Assembly (NCBI GenBank): GCA_016293205.1
Contig: JAEDES010000005.1
Location: forward strand, 1 to 55,623
DNA: 55,623 nt
Reading direction: 5' to 3'
From: Bacilli bacterium
GTDB taxonomy: Bacteria > Bacillota_I > Bacilli_A > RF39 > UBA660
A program made the position numbers and the translations under genes. The notes below the pieces were generated by a model. It did no database searches. It was not told where the DNA came from and saw only the letters and a program-made list of their open reading frames with translations. Below, piece after piece: positions 35,037-43,301 of this stretch; within the stretch, counting starts at the first letter, position 1, and every line of letters starts with the position of its first letter.

Positions 35037-35638
35037 TGGTTATTAAAGAAGCTAATTTAGATATTATTGCGACTAGAAGAAGTCAATATCCTACTGAAGG
35101 AAAACCTGAGTTTTTATTAGTAGGTAAAAGTAATGTAGGTAAGAGTAGTTTTATTAATGCTATTTTATCTAGAAAGAATCTTGCTTATACATCAAGTCGT
35201 CCTGGAAAAACACAAACATTAAATTTTTATGGAGTAAATGATAGTTTTTACTTAATAGATGTTCCTGGTTATGGATATGCTGCAGTTGATAAAAAGACCC
35301 AAGCTAAATTTGGTATGATGATAGAAGAATACTTAGAAAAAAGAGAAGAGTTAAAAAGAGTCTTTATGTTAATTGATTATCGTCATAAACCAAGTGAAGA
35401 TGATTTACTTATGTATAACTTCTTAAAGTATTATAATTTACCTGTTACTGTTGTAGCGACTAAAGCTGATAAAGTACCAGGTAGTCAAAAACAAAAAAAT
35501 TTAAAAGTAATTCTTGATACTATGGATTTAGTTATTGGAGATGACTTAGTTGTATTTTCAAGTAATACTAAATTAGGTGTTAAAGAAGTAATTAAAAAAA
35601 TAGAAGACTTAGTTAGTGAAAGTGAAGAGACTATCTAA
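35036..35638 (+). CDS. engB: ribosome biogenesis GTPase YsxC/EngB
   Basis: G1 is GKSNVGKSS, G3 is DVPGYG, G4 is TKADK. TAATG overlap with nrnA. Confidence 0.93.
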   Translation: MVIKEANLDIIATRRSQYPTEGKPEFLLVGKSNVGKSSFINAILSRKNLAYTSSRPGKTQTLNFYGVNDSFYLIDVPGYGYAAVDKKTQAKFGMMIEEYLEKREELKRVFMLIDYRHKPSEDDLLMYNFLKYYNLPVTVVATKADKVPGSQKQKNLKVILDTMDLVIGDDLVVFSSNTKLGVKEVIKKIEDLVSESEETI

Positions 35639-35650
35639 GTCTTTTTTTTC
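35625..35650 (+). terminator. rho-independent terminator after engB
   Basis: AGACT-atcta-AGTCT (extendable) followed by 8 T. Confidence 0.65.
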
Positions 35651-35672
35651 ATATACTTTTATAGGTGAAATA

Positions 35673-36116
35673 ATGAGAATAGAGAAAGTATATGATAAAT
35701 TATATATATTTTTAGATAAATTATATGTGGGTTGCGATTATTCTGATAAGAAGAGTATAGAGGAGTTTGTTAAAGATTATTTAGTTCATTATAATAAGTA
35801 TTTAAATTTATTTGGTTTTTATAAAGTTAAAGTATATTGTAATGAGTTAGTTGGTTTATTTTTAGAAATTAATTGTTTAGAGAAGAATGATGATAATAAG
35901 TTAGATTTAAGAATATTAGTATTTTTAGATGAAGAGTTTTTTATTTGTTATTCTGATTATTTTCTTTTTGATTGTGATTGTTATTATTATGATGGTTTAT
36001 TTTATACAGATGTTGTGGATAAAATTAATTTATTAGACTTTTGTAATTATATTTATGGGGATAAAGTATTAGAAGTCAAAAATAGAGGTTTATTTATAAA
36101 AAAAGAATCAAATTAG
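35673..36116 (+). CDS. hypothetical Cys/Tyr/Phe-rich protein (weak resemblance to the MecA adaptor N-terminus)
   Basis: The ATG at 35673 lies after AGGTGA; the track start at 35616 reads through the engB terminator. MRIEKVYDKLYIFLDK... is only loosely MecA-like. Confidence 0.6.
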   Translation: MRIEKVYDKLYIFLDKLYVGCDYSDKKSIEEFVKDYLVHYNKYLNLFGFYKVKVYCNELVGLFLEINCLEKNDDNKLDLRILVFLDEEFFICYSDYFLFDCDCYYYDGLFYTDVVDKINLLDFCNYIYGDKVLEVKNRGLFIKKESN

Positions 36117-37585
36117 ATAACAATTGCTATCATATTATTTGATCCTTTATTTACGACTTTTGATAAAGTTGTTTGTAGTTTTAATCTAATGTTATCTGGC
36201 ATTAGATTTATTTTTGATTGAATTCCTTCTTGAACAATAGAATCTAATCTTCTACCAAATATTTCACTTTGCCATATCTCATTTGGTTTATCTTGATCTT
36301 TTAAGATGTGATCAATTAGTTCTTTACTTTGAACTTCACTTCCGATGATTGGTTCAAAAGTAGATTCTACATCGACTCTTATCATATGTATTGATGGAGC
36401 GACTGCTTTTAGTTTGACACCATATCTAGGTCCTTGTTTAATGATTTCAGGTTTATCTAATTTCATATCATCGACACTAGGGGTTGCGACTCCATAACCA
36501 GTTTGTTTTACCATTTTTAGGGCGTATTTAATTTGATCATATTCTTTTTTTGCAGTATTTAAATCTTGAAATAAAGAGAGTAGATCTGCTTTATTTTTTA
36601 TATCGACATCAATTATTTCTTTTAATACTTGGTTATATAAGTTAGATGGTGCGGTTAAATTAATTGTTATTATTCCTGTAGATGGGTCTACATTTGATAG
36701 ATAACTTTTTTCTATAAGTTCATTTTCTAAAAAGTTTGTATTTATTTTTTCTATATCTTTTAGCTTATCTATTTCTAAAATAGATTCTTTTATTGTTTTT
36801 AAGTATGTTTGTTTTACATAATGATTTGGATTAAGTCTTGCAATCCATTCTGGTAGATTTACTTTTATTTCAAGTACTGGGAATTCGTATAATGCTTCTC
36901 TTAGAATATTATACATATCTTTTTCAGTCATTGTATCAATGTTTATTGGTAAGACTGGGACATTATGTTTTTCTTGTAAGTCTTCTTTTATTTTTTCTGT
37001 TTCTGGTAGAGTAGGATGGGTTGTATTTAGAATAATTATAAATGGTTTCTTTATATTTTTTAATTCTTCTATTACTTTGGTTTCAGCTTCTAAATAATCA
37101 TTTCTTTGGAATTCTCCAATGGATCCATCAGTTGTTATTACAATACCAATAGTAGAGTGGTCTTTAATTACTTTTTCTGTTCCAATCTCTGCTGCTTCTG
37201 TAAAAGGTATTTCTTCATTGTACCAAGGTGTTTTTACCATTCTTGGACCATTTTCATCTGATGCTCCTTGAGCTTTATCAATCATGTATCCAACACAATC
37301 TATTAATCTAATATTGCATGTTACTTCATCTATCTTTATTTTAGCAGCATTATTTGGGACGAATTTAGGTTCTGTTGTCATAATTGTTTTGCCAGCTGCA
37401 CTTTGAGGTATTTCATCTAGTGCCCTTTTTCTTTCATATTCATCTTTTATATTTGGAACGATTAGAGTTTCTACCATTCTTTTTATAAAAGTAGATTTAC
37501 CTGTTCTAACTGCACCAACTACACCCAGATATATATCACCGCCACTTCGTTTGGCAATATTTTTTATTATTTCTTGTTTATCCAT
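36113..37585 (-). CDS. spoIVA: stage IV sporulation protein A (spore coat morphogenetic ATPase)
   Basis: 490 aa. Walker A is GVVGAVRTGKSTFIKR, and the sequence is SpoIVA-like over its whole length. Confidence 0.95.
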   Translation of the reverse strand: MDKQEIIKNIAKRSGGDIYLGVVGAVRTGKSTFIKRMVETLIVPNIKDEYERKRALDEIPQSAAGKTIMTTEPKFVPNNAAKIKIDEVTCNIRLIDCVGYMIDKAQGASDENGPRMVKTPWYNEEIPFTEAAEIGTEKVIKDHSTIGIVITTDGSIGEFQRNDYLEAETKVIEELKNIKKPFIIILNTTHPTLPETEKIKEDLQEKHNVPVLPINIDTMTEKDMYNILREALYEFPVLEIKVNLPEWIARLNPNHYVKQTYLKTIKESILEIDKLKDIEKINTNFLENELIEKSYLSNVDPSTGIITINLTAPSNLYNQVLKEIIDVDIKNKADLLSLFQDLNTAKKEYDQIKYALKMVKQTGYGVATPSVDDMKLDKPEIIKQGPRYGVKLKAVAPSIHMIRVDVESTFEPIIGSEVQSKELIDHILKDQDKPNEIWQSEIFGRRLDSIVQEGIQSKINLMPDNIRLKLQTTLSKVVNKGSNNMIAIVI

Positions 37586-37642
37586 AACATTCTCCTTGTT
37601 CTAGTTAAGTATATGTTTGAGGATAAAAAAAATAACATATTT

Positions 37643-38848
37643 CTATGCTATTCTTAGTGAGTTAATAAATTCATTTATTAAGATATGGGCTTGACCATAT
37701 ACTACAGGTTCTTCTATCTTTATGATATATCCTGTTTTATTTGGTAGGATAATAGCATAATATAATTTTCCTGAGTGTTCAGATGTTGCCCATTGATTAT
37801 CATTTATTAATATTTTATTAATAAAATGATCAAGTGGAATTAAAGTATTATATTTTAAGAATTCTTCAGTATCATAATAAGATGATGTATTTATATATTT
37901 TGTTATTTCAATTGTAGCATATTCACCATTTTCATTATAAATATATCTTTCTGATAAATCAGTTTTATATATTTGTTCAAATTCTTGAGGCATATCATAT
38001 TTTAATTTTTGATTTATTATTTCTTCTTGATAACTATAATCATCTTCAAATGTATCTATTACTTCTATTATTGTTGGTATTATAGCAACTGCAAATATAA
38101 AAATAATTAATATAGCAACGGCTTTTGGGTTTCCTTTATTTGTACTTGTTTTTTTATTATATGATCCCTTTTGCTCACATTTTTTTATTATTTCATCTGT
38201 TGTTAAGTCTAGACTTTGAAGTTTTAATTTTTCTATTTTTTTGTCAACGAATGAAATATAAATCTTTTTAAACTTAGTTGCCATAAATAAGTTTATTAAA
38301 AAGTATGCTAATTCTGTTATATCCGGATAATAGTGATTAATTACAACTATAAGGAATATCCATAGTAAACTATAGGCAAACATTTGTCTTTTAAAGAAAT
38401 AGAATGGTCCAAATAATAGAGTAGAGAATGAAAATTTTTGTCTTCTAATACTTTCAAATCCTGGACCGATATATGCTTTGAAGTATTTTTCATCACCAGC
38501 TATTAAATCGTTTGTAGAATCTGATGAAGTATCATATTCTGTATTGGCATATAAATATCTTTCACTATAATTGTATTGATTATCAGATGTATTAGTATTT
38601 GTTTTTGGTGGATTAGTTCCATAACTATATCTATATCTATAATCTAATTGATCTTCACAATCATTTTCTTTTTTTTCTGGCATTTTTCCGCTATTACTAT
38701 ATTTATATGAATAAATCATTTGATCATGATGATCATTTCTATCGTAATCATAATTATATCTACTTTGACTTTCTTGAATATTAGCATTACAGTTTTTACA
38801 TACTGTTGCATTATCATCATTTTTACAACCACATCTTAAACAATACAT
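37643..38848 (-). CDS. zinc-ribbon membrane protein (N-terminal CxxC...CxxC, DUF2628-like TM region)
   Basis: MYCLRCGCKNDDNATVCKNCNANI, then a low-complexity linker, TM segments and a C-terminal extracytoplasmic domain. Confidence 0.7.
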   Translation of the reverse strand: MYCLRCGCKNDDNATVCKNCNANIQESQSRYNYDYDRNDHHDQMIYSYKYSNSGKMPEKKENDCEDQLDYRYRYSYGTNPPKTNTNTSDNQYNYSERYLYANTEYDTSSDSTNDLIAGDEKYFKAYIGPGFESIRRQKFSFSTLLFGPFYFFKRQMFAYSLLWIFLIVVINHYYPDITELAYFLINLFMATKFKKIYISFVDKKIEKLKLQSLDLTTDEIIKKCEQKGSYNKKTSTNKGNPKAVAILIIFIFAVAIIPTIIEVIDTFEDDYSYQEEIINQKLKYDMPQEFEQIYKTDLSERYIYNENGEYATIEITKYINTSSYYDTEEFLKYNTLIPLDHFINKILINDNQWATSEHSGKLYYAIILPNKTGYIIKIEEPVVYGQAHILINEFINSLRIA

Positions 38849-38896
38849 TTTATATTCCTCCTATACTATGATTAGTTTATCATAGATTGGAATTTT

Positions 38897-39136
38897 TTAG
38901 AATAATTTGTCGAGATTTTTTGGAACATTATCTTTTAAAATTGTATTGATTATTTTTTGTTCTTTTTCTTTAGAGATTGTTTTACCGGTAAGACTACATA
39001 TATTTTCAATTACTTCTTTGATGGCTTTTTCATCTTTTAGATTAGATTCTTGTAATTTATTAGCAAGAGAAAGAATTGTATCTTTGTTTACATTAGTTTT
39101 ATTTTCTACTTTTTTAAAGAAATTATCATTAAACAT
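38897..39136 (-). CDS. spoVIF: stage VI sporulation protein F family
   Basis: 79 aa. FFKKVENKTNVNKDTILSLANKLQESNLKDEKAIKEVI... matches the SpoVIF (YjcC) pattern as I recall it. Confidence 0.7.
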   Translation of the reverse strand: MFNDNFFKKVENKTNVNKDTILSLANKLQESNLKDEKAIKEVIENICSLTGKTISKEKEQKIINTILKDNVPKNLDKLF

Positions 39137-39173
39137 AAAAAGACCTCCTACATAATTTTATGTAGAAGGTCTT
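39137..39173 (-). terminator. long hairpin after the der operon; its 3' arm contains the spoVIF SD
   Basis: Minus-strand RNA forms AAGACCUUCUACAUAA/UUAUGUAGGAGGUCUU. The only non-Watson-Crick pair is G-U on this strand (C-A on the other). It is followed by UUU and then the spoVIF AUG. Confidence 0.6.
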
Positions 39174-39176
39174 ATT

Positions 39177-39449
39177 TTAGTTCATATTTCTTCTTTTACC
39201 TAGAGCTTCACATTGTCTTGTGAATTCTTCCATTGTAATTTGTTTATTTTGTAATCTTTCATTTAGAAGAGCTAATGTTTTATCATGCATTGCATCTGTA
39301 TTAGATGCATCTGTATGTGCCATTGTAGATAAATTCTTTACAAAAGCATTTGTATTATTTTGTTTTCCTTGATTTTGAATTCTTTTAAAATTACTATGGA
39401 ATCTATTAGCTTGTTGGTTTGGGTTATTAAAATTATTTCCAATTATCAT
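39177..39449 (-). CDS. hypothetical N/Q-rich 90-aa protein translationally coupled to der
   Basis: TAATG overlap with the der stop. The C-terminus is helical (LALLNERLQNKQITMEEFTRQCEALGKRR). Confidence 0.6.
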   Translation of the reverse strand: MIIGNNFNNPNQQANRFHSNFKRIQNQGKQNNTNAFVKNLSTMAHTDASNTDAMHDKTLALLNERLQNKQITMEEFTRQCEALGKRRNMN

Positions 39450-40756
39450 TATTCATCACCACTTCGATTTTTGAATTGTAATTCGATTGGTGTTCCAGTA
39501 AAGTCGAAGTTCTCTCTTATTTTATTTTCTAAGTATCTTTCATATGAGAAGTGTACTAATCCTTTATTATTTACTCTGAATGTAAATTTAGGTGGGTTAG
39601 TACCAGTTTGTGATGTGAAATATATCTTTAAACGTTTTCCTTTATATGAAGGGGGTAGGTTTAATTGATATGCATCATTTATTACTTCATTTAAAATACT
39701 TGTTTTTATTTCTTTTGAAATGTTTTCAGCTACTTTTAATACTTCTGGCATTAAAGTATGAATTCTTTTCTTTGTTAGTGCAGATAAGAACACGATAGGT
39801 GCATATGTTGCAAATTGAAATTCAGCACGCATAAGTTTTTCAAATTCTTGAATAGTTGTATCTTTTACTGTATCCCATTTATTTACTACGAAGATTAATC
39901 CTTTACCACGTTCAATAGCATATCCAGCGATATGTTTGTCATGTTCAGTGATTCCTTCTTCTGCGTTAATTACTACTAAACAAATGTCACTTCTATCTAT
40001 TGATTTTAATGATCTTACTAAACTATATTTTTCAACTGATTCAAATACTTTTCCTTTTTTACGCATTCCTGCAGTATCAATTAAAATATATTCTTCGTTA
40101 TGATACTTTAATACTGAGTCAATTGAATCTCTTGTTGTACCTGCAATATTTGATACAACAACTCTTTCTTCATTTAGAAGAGCATTCATTAAACTACTTT
40201 TACCAACGTTTGGTCTTCCAATGATTGAGAATTTTAATCTTGAATCAAATGTTTCTTCATGTTCGTGAAATCCATTTGTAATTGTATCCATTAGTTCTAC
40301 AAATCCAGTATTATGGATACTACTAATTGGAATATAAGTATCAAAACCTAATTCATAAAAATCATATATATTATCTTTAGCATCTTTTACATCAATTTTA
40401 TTAATTGCAACTATAACTTTCTTTTTAGATTTTCTTAAGATATCTCTTACGATTAAATCGTTTGCAGTTAGCCCTTCTTTACCATCAACGATGAATACTA
40501 CAATATCAGCATCTTTAATAGCAATTTCTGCTTGCATTTTAATTTCATCATTGAATGTCATTTTGGTAGCATCAATACCACCAGTATCGATTAAGAAAAA
40601 TTTCTTTTTGTTATAAGTTGCTTCTTGATAGATTCTATCTCTTGTTACTCCTGGTAAATCTTCAATGATGGAAACTTTCTTTCCAACTATTTTATTAAAT
40701 AGAGTAGATTTACCAACATTTGGTCTTCCAACCAATGCTACAGTAGGTATAGACAT
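39449..40756 (-). CDS. der: ribosome-associated GTPase Der (EngA)
   Basis: Tandem GTPase domains (GRPNVGKST and GRPNVGKSS) plus a KH-like C-terminus. Confidence 0.96.
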   Translation of the reverse strand: MSIPTVALVGRPNVGKSTLFNKIVGKKVSIIEDLPGVTRDRIYQEATYNKKKFFLIDTGGIDATKMTFNDEIKMQAEIAIKDADIVVFIVDGKEGLTANDLIVRDILRKSKKKVIVAINKIDVKDAKDNIYDFYELGFDTYIPISSIHNTGFVELMDTITNGFHEHEETFDSRLKFSIIGRPNVGKSSLMNALLNEERVVVSNIAGTTRDSIDSVLKYHNEEYILIDTAGMRKKGKVFESVEKYSLVRSLKSIDRSDICLVVINAEEGITEHDKHIAGYAIERGKGLIFVVNKWDTVKDTTIQEFEKLMRAEFQFATYAPIVFLSALTKKRIHTLMPEVLKVAENISKEIKTSILNEVINDAYQLNLPPSYKGKRLKIYFTSQTGTNPPKFTFRVNNKGLVHFSYERYLENKIRENFDFTGTPIELQFKNRSGDE

Positions 40757-40869
40757 AATATCCCCTCCAATTCAGTTTGTATTATAGCATATTATTTCTT
40801 TTTTTTAAAGAAAATTTATAACAAACACCATAGTTTATGATATAATTTTATCATAGGAAGGTGGCAAGT

Positions 40870-41970
40870 ATGGATAAAAATGTTAAAAAAAGAGTAGAGT
40901 GGTATAATGATGCGTCAACTATTACAACTTGTTTAATTGGTTTAATCATTATTACTATATTATTAAGTCAGTCTTTTGCAATTAAGAATGGACTAAGTGC
41001 TGCTGATATTTTGAGTAGTATTTTAACTCATAATAGTATTTATTTATGTGTATGTTTATATTTTATTGCATTAAAGACTAAGTTTGGTAAAAAGTATTTT
41101 GATCATTTAAATTTAATATTAATATTATTTTATTTATTTACAACATTTACTTCATTTTTAACAGTATTTCAATCATTTAATTTGGATTCATTAATGTCTT
41201 TATTTATTCATGTGTTTATAGTGCTTTATTTAGTTCATACATTTTTTAGAGGTACTAGAATATGGAAAGAATTTAAATTAAGTAAATCTCCATTTAATGA
41301 ATTTTCTAATGAAGGATATTTTTATACAGTTGTTATATTAGGAGTTATTTTATTAGCGATTAATTTAATTATGACTACTAGTTTTTATGGAACAGTATTG
41401 TCATTATTAGATTGTAGTTTTACTTATTTATTTGCTAGATATATTTATTTATATTGGCAATACCTTGATTTAAAGAAGATTGACTCTAAGAATACAGGTA
41501 ATTTTGATAAGATTACTGATACTGTTGTAGAAGAAGTTAAGGAAACTTTAGATGAAGTAAAAGAAGCAATGGATAAAGTTAGTGATAAGTTTGAAGAACC
41601 TGTTGAAAAACTTAGTGAGGCAGTTAATAAAGTAGAAGATAAAGTAGAAGATTTTACTGAAAATGTAAAAGAATCGGTAGAAGAATTTATGTCTGATATG
41701 GGATTTGAAGAAAATAAGGAAAAAATAGAAGATAAGATTGAAGAAGTAAAAGAATTAGTAGATGAAAAAGTAGAAGATATTAAAGAAGTAATTGATGAAA
41801 AGGTTACTGATGTCAAAGAAGTTGTAGAAGAAAAGAAAGAAGATGTTAAAGAAGTTATTAAGAAAAAGACAACTACTAAGAAACCTGTTAAAAAAGTAGA
41901 AAAGAAAGCTACTAAAAATTATAAGGGTGTTAAAAATACAAATAAGAGTAAAAAGAAGGTGACTAAATAA
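40870..41970 (+). CDS. polytopic membrane protein with long E/K/V-rich repetitive C-terminal tail
   Basis: About 6 TM segments, then an acidic repeat region and a basic K-rich end. The ATG at 40870 lies after GGAAGGTGG. Confidence 0.7.
   Translation: MDKNVKKRVEWYNDASTITTCLIGLIIITILLSQSFAIKNGLSAADILSSILTHNSIYLCVCLYFIALKTKFGKKYFDHLNLILILFYLFTTFTSFLTVFQSFNLDSLMSLFIHVFIVLYLVHTFFRGTRIWKEFKLSKSPFNEFSNEGYFYTVVILGVILLAINLIMTTSFYGTVLSLLDCSFTYLFARYIYLYWQYLDLKKIDSKNTGNFDKITDTVVEEVKETLDEVKEAMDKVSDKFEEPVEKLSEAVNKVEDKVEDFTENVKESVEEFMSDMGFEENKEKIEDKIEEVKELVDEKVEDIKEVIDEKVTDVKEVVEEKKEDVKEVIKKKTTTKKPVKKVEKKATKNYKGVKNTNKSKKKVTK
41500..41900 (+). repeat. imperfect in-frame codon repeats encoding (E/D)KVx(E/D)(I/V/F)KEV-type units
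   Basis: The encoded sequence reads ...VEDKVEDFTENVKESVEEF...EKIEDKIEEVKELVDEKVEDIKEVIDEKVTDVKEVVEEKKEDVKEVIKKK. This purine-rich low-complexity DNA also generates the antisense shadow ORF at 41445-41816. Confidence 0.6.
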
Positions 41971-42299
41971 TGAATATGTTTGAAGAAATAGAGAAGACTA
42001 AAAAGGAACTTCCTAAAATGAAGACTATTCGTGATGAAGTAGAAGATTTTAATTTTAATATATATCAACAGTTATCAATTATTATCTTTATATTTTGTAT
42101 CTTTTTAGGAATTGTATTTGGTAATTTATTTCCAGTATGTGGTTCTAGTTCTGCTTTATATGGTGGAGCTTGTTTAACAAGTAATTTTAATACAGCTTTA
42201 ATGTTATTTATTTGGTTTGTTAGTTTTATAATTTGTTTATTTATTTTTATGTTAGGTCATGTTATACTATTATTAACAGATATCAAAAATAGAAAGTAG
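41970..42299 (+). CDS. small membrane protein (2 TM)
   Basis: TAATG overlap with the upstream gene. 109 aa. Confidence 0.6.
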   Translation: MNMFEEIEKTKKELPKMKTIRDEVEDFNFNIYQQLSIIIFIFCIFLGIVFGNLFPVCGSSSALYGGACLTSNFNTALMLFIWFVSFIICLFIFMLGHVILLLTDIKNRK

Positions 42300-42306
42300 G
42301 GATAAT

Positions 42307-42804
42307 ATGAAGGGTAAGAAAATTATTATTGTAATGTGTACTATACTTGCAGTTATATTAATGGTAGTTGCATTAGTATGGGCTTTATCTTTAGGTGATG
42401 ATAAAGATAAAAAAGAAGATAAGAAAGAAAAAGATACACAAGTAGTTACTAAAGGAGTAATGGGTGGTATCTATAATAAAGCTAATTATGTTTGTGAAAA
42501 ACAAGAAAGAGATAATGAAGCATATACAGCATATGATGTAATTTATGTATTCTTAGATGGAGAAGCAGTTAAAAAGACTAATTTAATTAAAGTATTTAGA
42601 TGCAAGAGTAAAGAAGTATTTAATGATCAAAAGAAAAATGATGATAAAGTATTTAAAAGATATTATGATCCAACTGATTTAGTAATTTCTTATGAATATG
42701 CTGATGAACAAGTTTATCTTGGGCCTAAAGGTGAAAAATTCATTGATAAAACAGGTGAAGCATTAAAAACTGAATTACAAGGAAATGGTTATAATTGTAA
42801 ATAA
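42307..42804 (+). CDS. membrane-anchored/secreted small protein
   Basis: N-terminal TM segment (IIIVMCTILAVILMVVALVWAL), 165 aa. Confidence 0.65.
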   Translation: MKGKKIIIVMCTILAVILMVVALVWALSLGDDKDKKEDKKEKDTQVVTKGVMGGIYNKANYVCEKQERDNEAYTAYDVIYVFLDGEAVKKTNLIKVFRCKSKEVFNDQKKNDDKVFKRYYDPTDLVISYEYADEQVYLGPKGEKFIDKTGEALKTELQGNGYNCK

Positions 42805-42830
42805 GAAGAGAAATCTTCTTATTTTTTTAT
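42801..42830 (+). terminator. rho-independent terminator
   Basis: ATAAGAAG-agaaat-CTTCTTAT followed by a T-run. Confidence 0.8.
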
Positions 42831-42958
42831 TTTGTTATTATTTTTAAGTTAAAATAGTGAAAATTCATTTATATTTCTTGCACTTTAGAATTTATTATGA
42901 TACATTTTATATGTAAGCATAACATGTGCTTAATAAAAATAGGGAGGTAATTTTAATT

Positions 42959-43231
42959 ATGAAAAAAGTTGAATTAGTTGAAGCTGTTGCAACTGCTGCT
43001 GGATTATCTAAAGCAGATGCTACTAGAGCTATCGATGCTACATTTGCTGCTATTACAGAAGCTTTAGTAAAAGGAGATAAAGTACCACTAGTTGGATTTG
43101 GAACTTTTGCTGTTTCTGAAAGAGCTGCACGTGAAGGACGTAATCCAAGAACTGGAGAAACTGTTAAAATCGCTGCAAGAAAAGCTGTTACTTTTAAAGC
43201 AGGAACTGCATTAAAAGATTCAGTTAATTAA
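42959..43231 (+). CDS. hup: DNA-binding protein HU
   Basis: MKKVELVEAVA...GFGTFAVSERAAREGRNPRTGE. The ATG at 42959 lies after AGGGAGG. Confidence 0.96.
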   Translation: MKKVELVEAVATAAGLSKADATRAIDATFAAITEALVKGDKVPLVGFGTFAVSERAAREGRNPRTGETVKIAARKAVTFKAGTALKDSVN

Positions 43232-43244
43232 TAATTAAAATTCG

Positions 43245-43268
43245 AAGAACCTTTATAGGTTCTTTTAT
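43245..43268 (+). terminator. rho-independent terminator after hup
   Basis: AAGAACC-tttata-GGTTCTT followed by TT. Confidence 0.7.
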
Positions 43269-43270
43269 TG

Positions 43271-43281
43271 TGTGGTATAAT
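43271..43281 (+). promoter_or_regulatory. extended -10 promoter TGTGGTATAAT upstream of cca
   Basis: TRTG -16 element plus TATAAT (43276-43281). Confidence 0.55.
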
Positions 43282-43301
43282 AGAGTTGTAGGCGGTGATT
43301 T

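Noticed and set aside
35616-35672. Upstream extension of ORF 35616-36116 overlapping the engB end.
   Set aside because: It runs through the engB terminator hairpin and T-run. The ATG at 35673 has an AGGTGA SD.
37586-37642. Sigma-E-type promoter for spoIVA (CATATACT with upstream AAATATG).
   Set aside because: The -10 has two mismatches to CATACAhT, and the spacing to the -35-like element looks too long. It is not supportable by eye.
38907-39668. Plus-strand ORFs 38907-39155 and 39360-39668.
   Set aside because: They are antisense to spoVIF, the 90-aa ORF and der. They have no SD and give hydrophobic, low-complexity translations.
41445-41816. 123-aa Ser/Thr-rich antisense ORF.
   Set aside because: It is a shadow of the purine-rich E/K/V codon repeats on the plus strand. 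It has no SD and is low-complexity.
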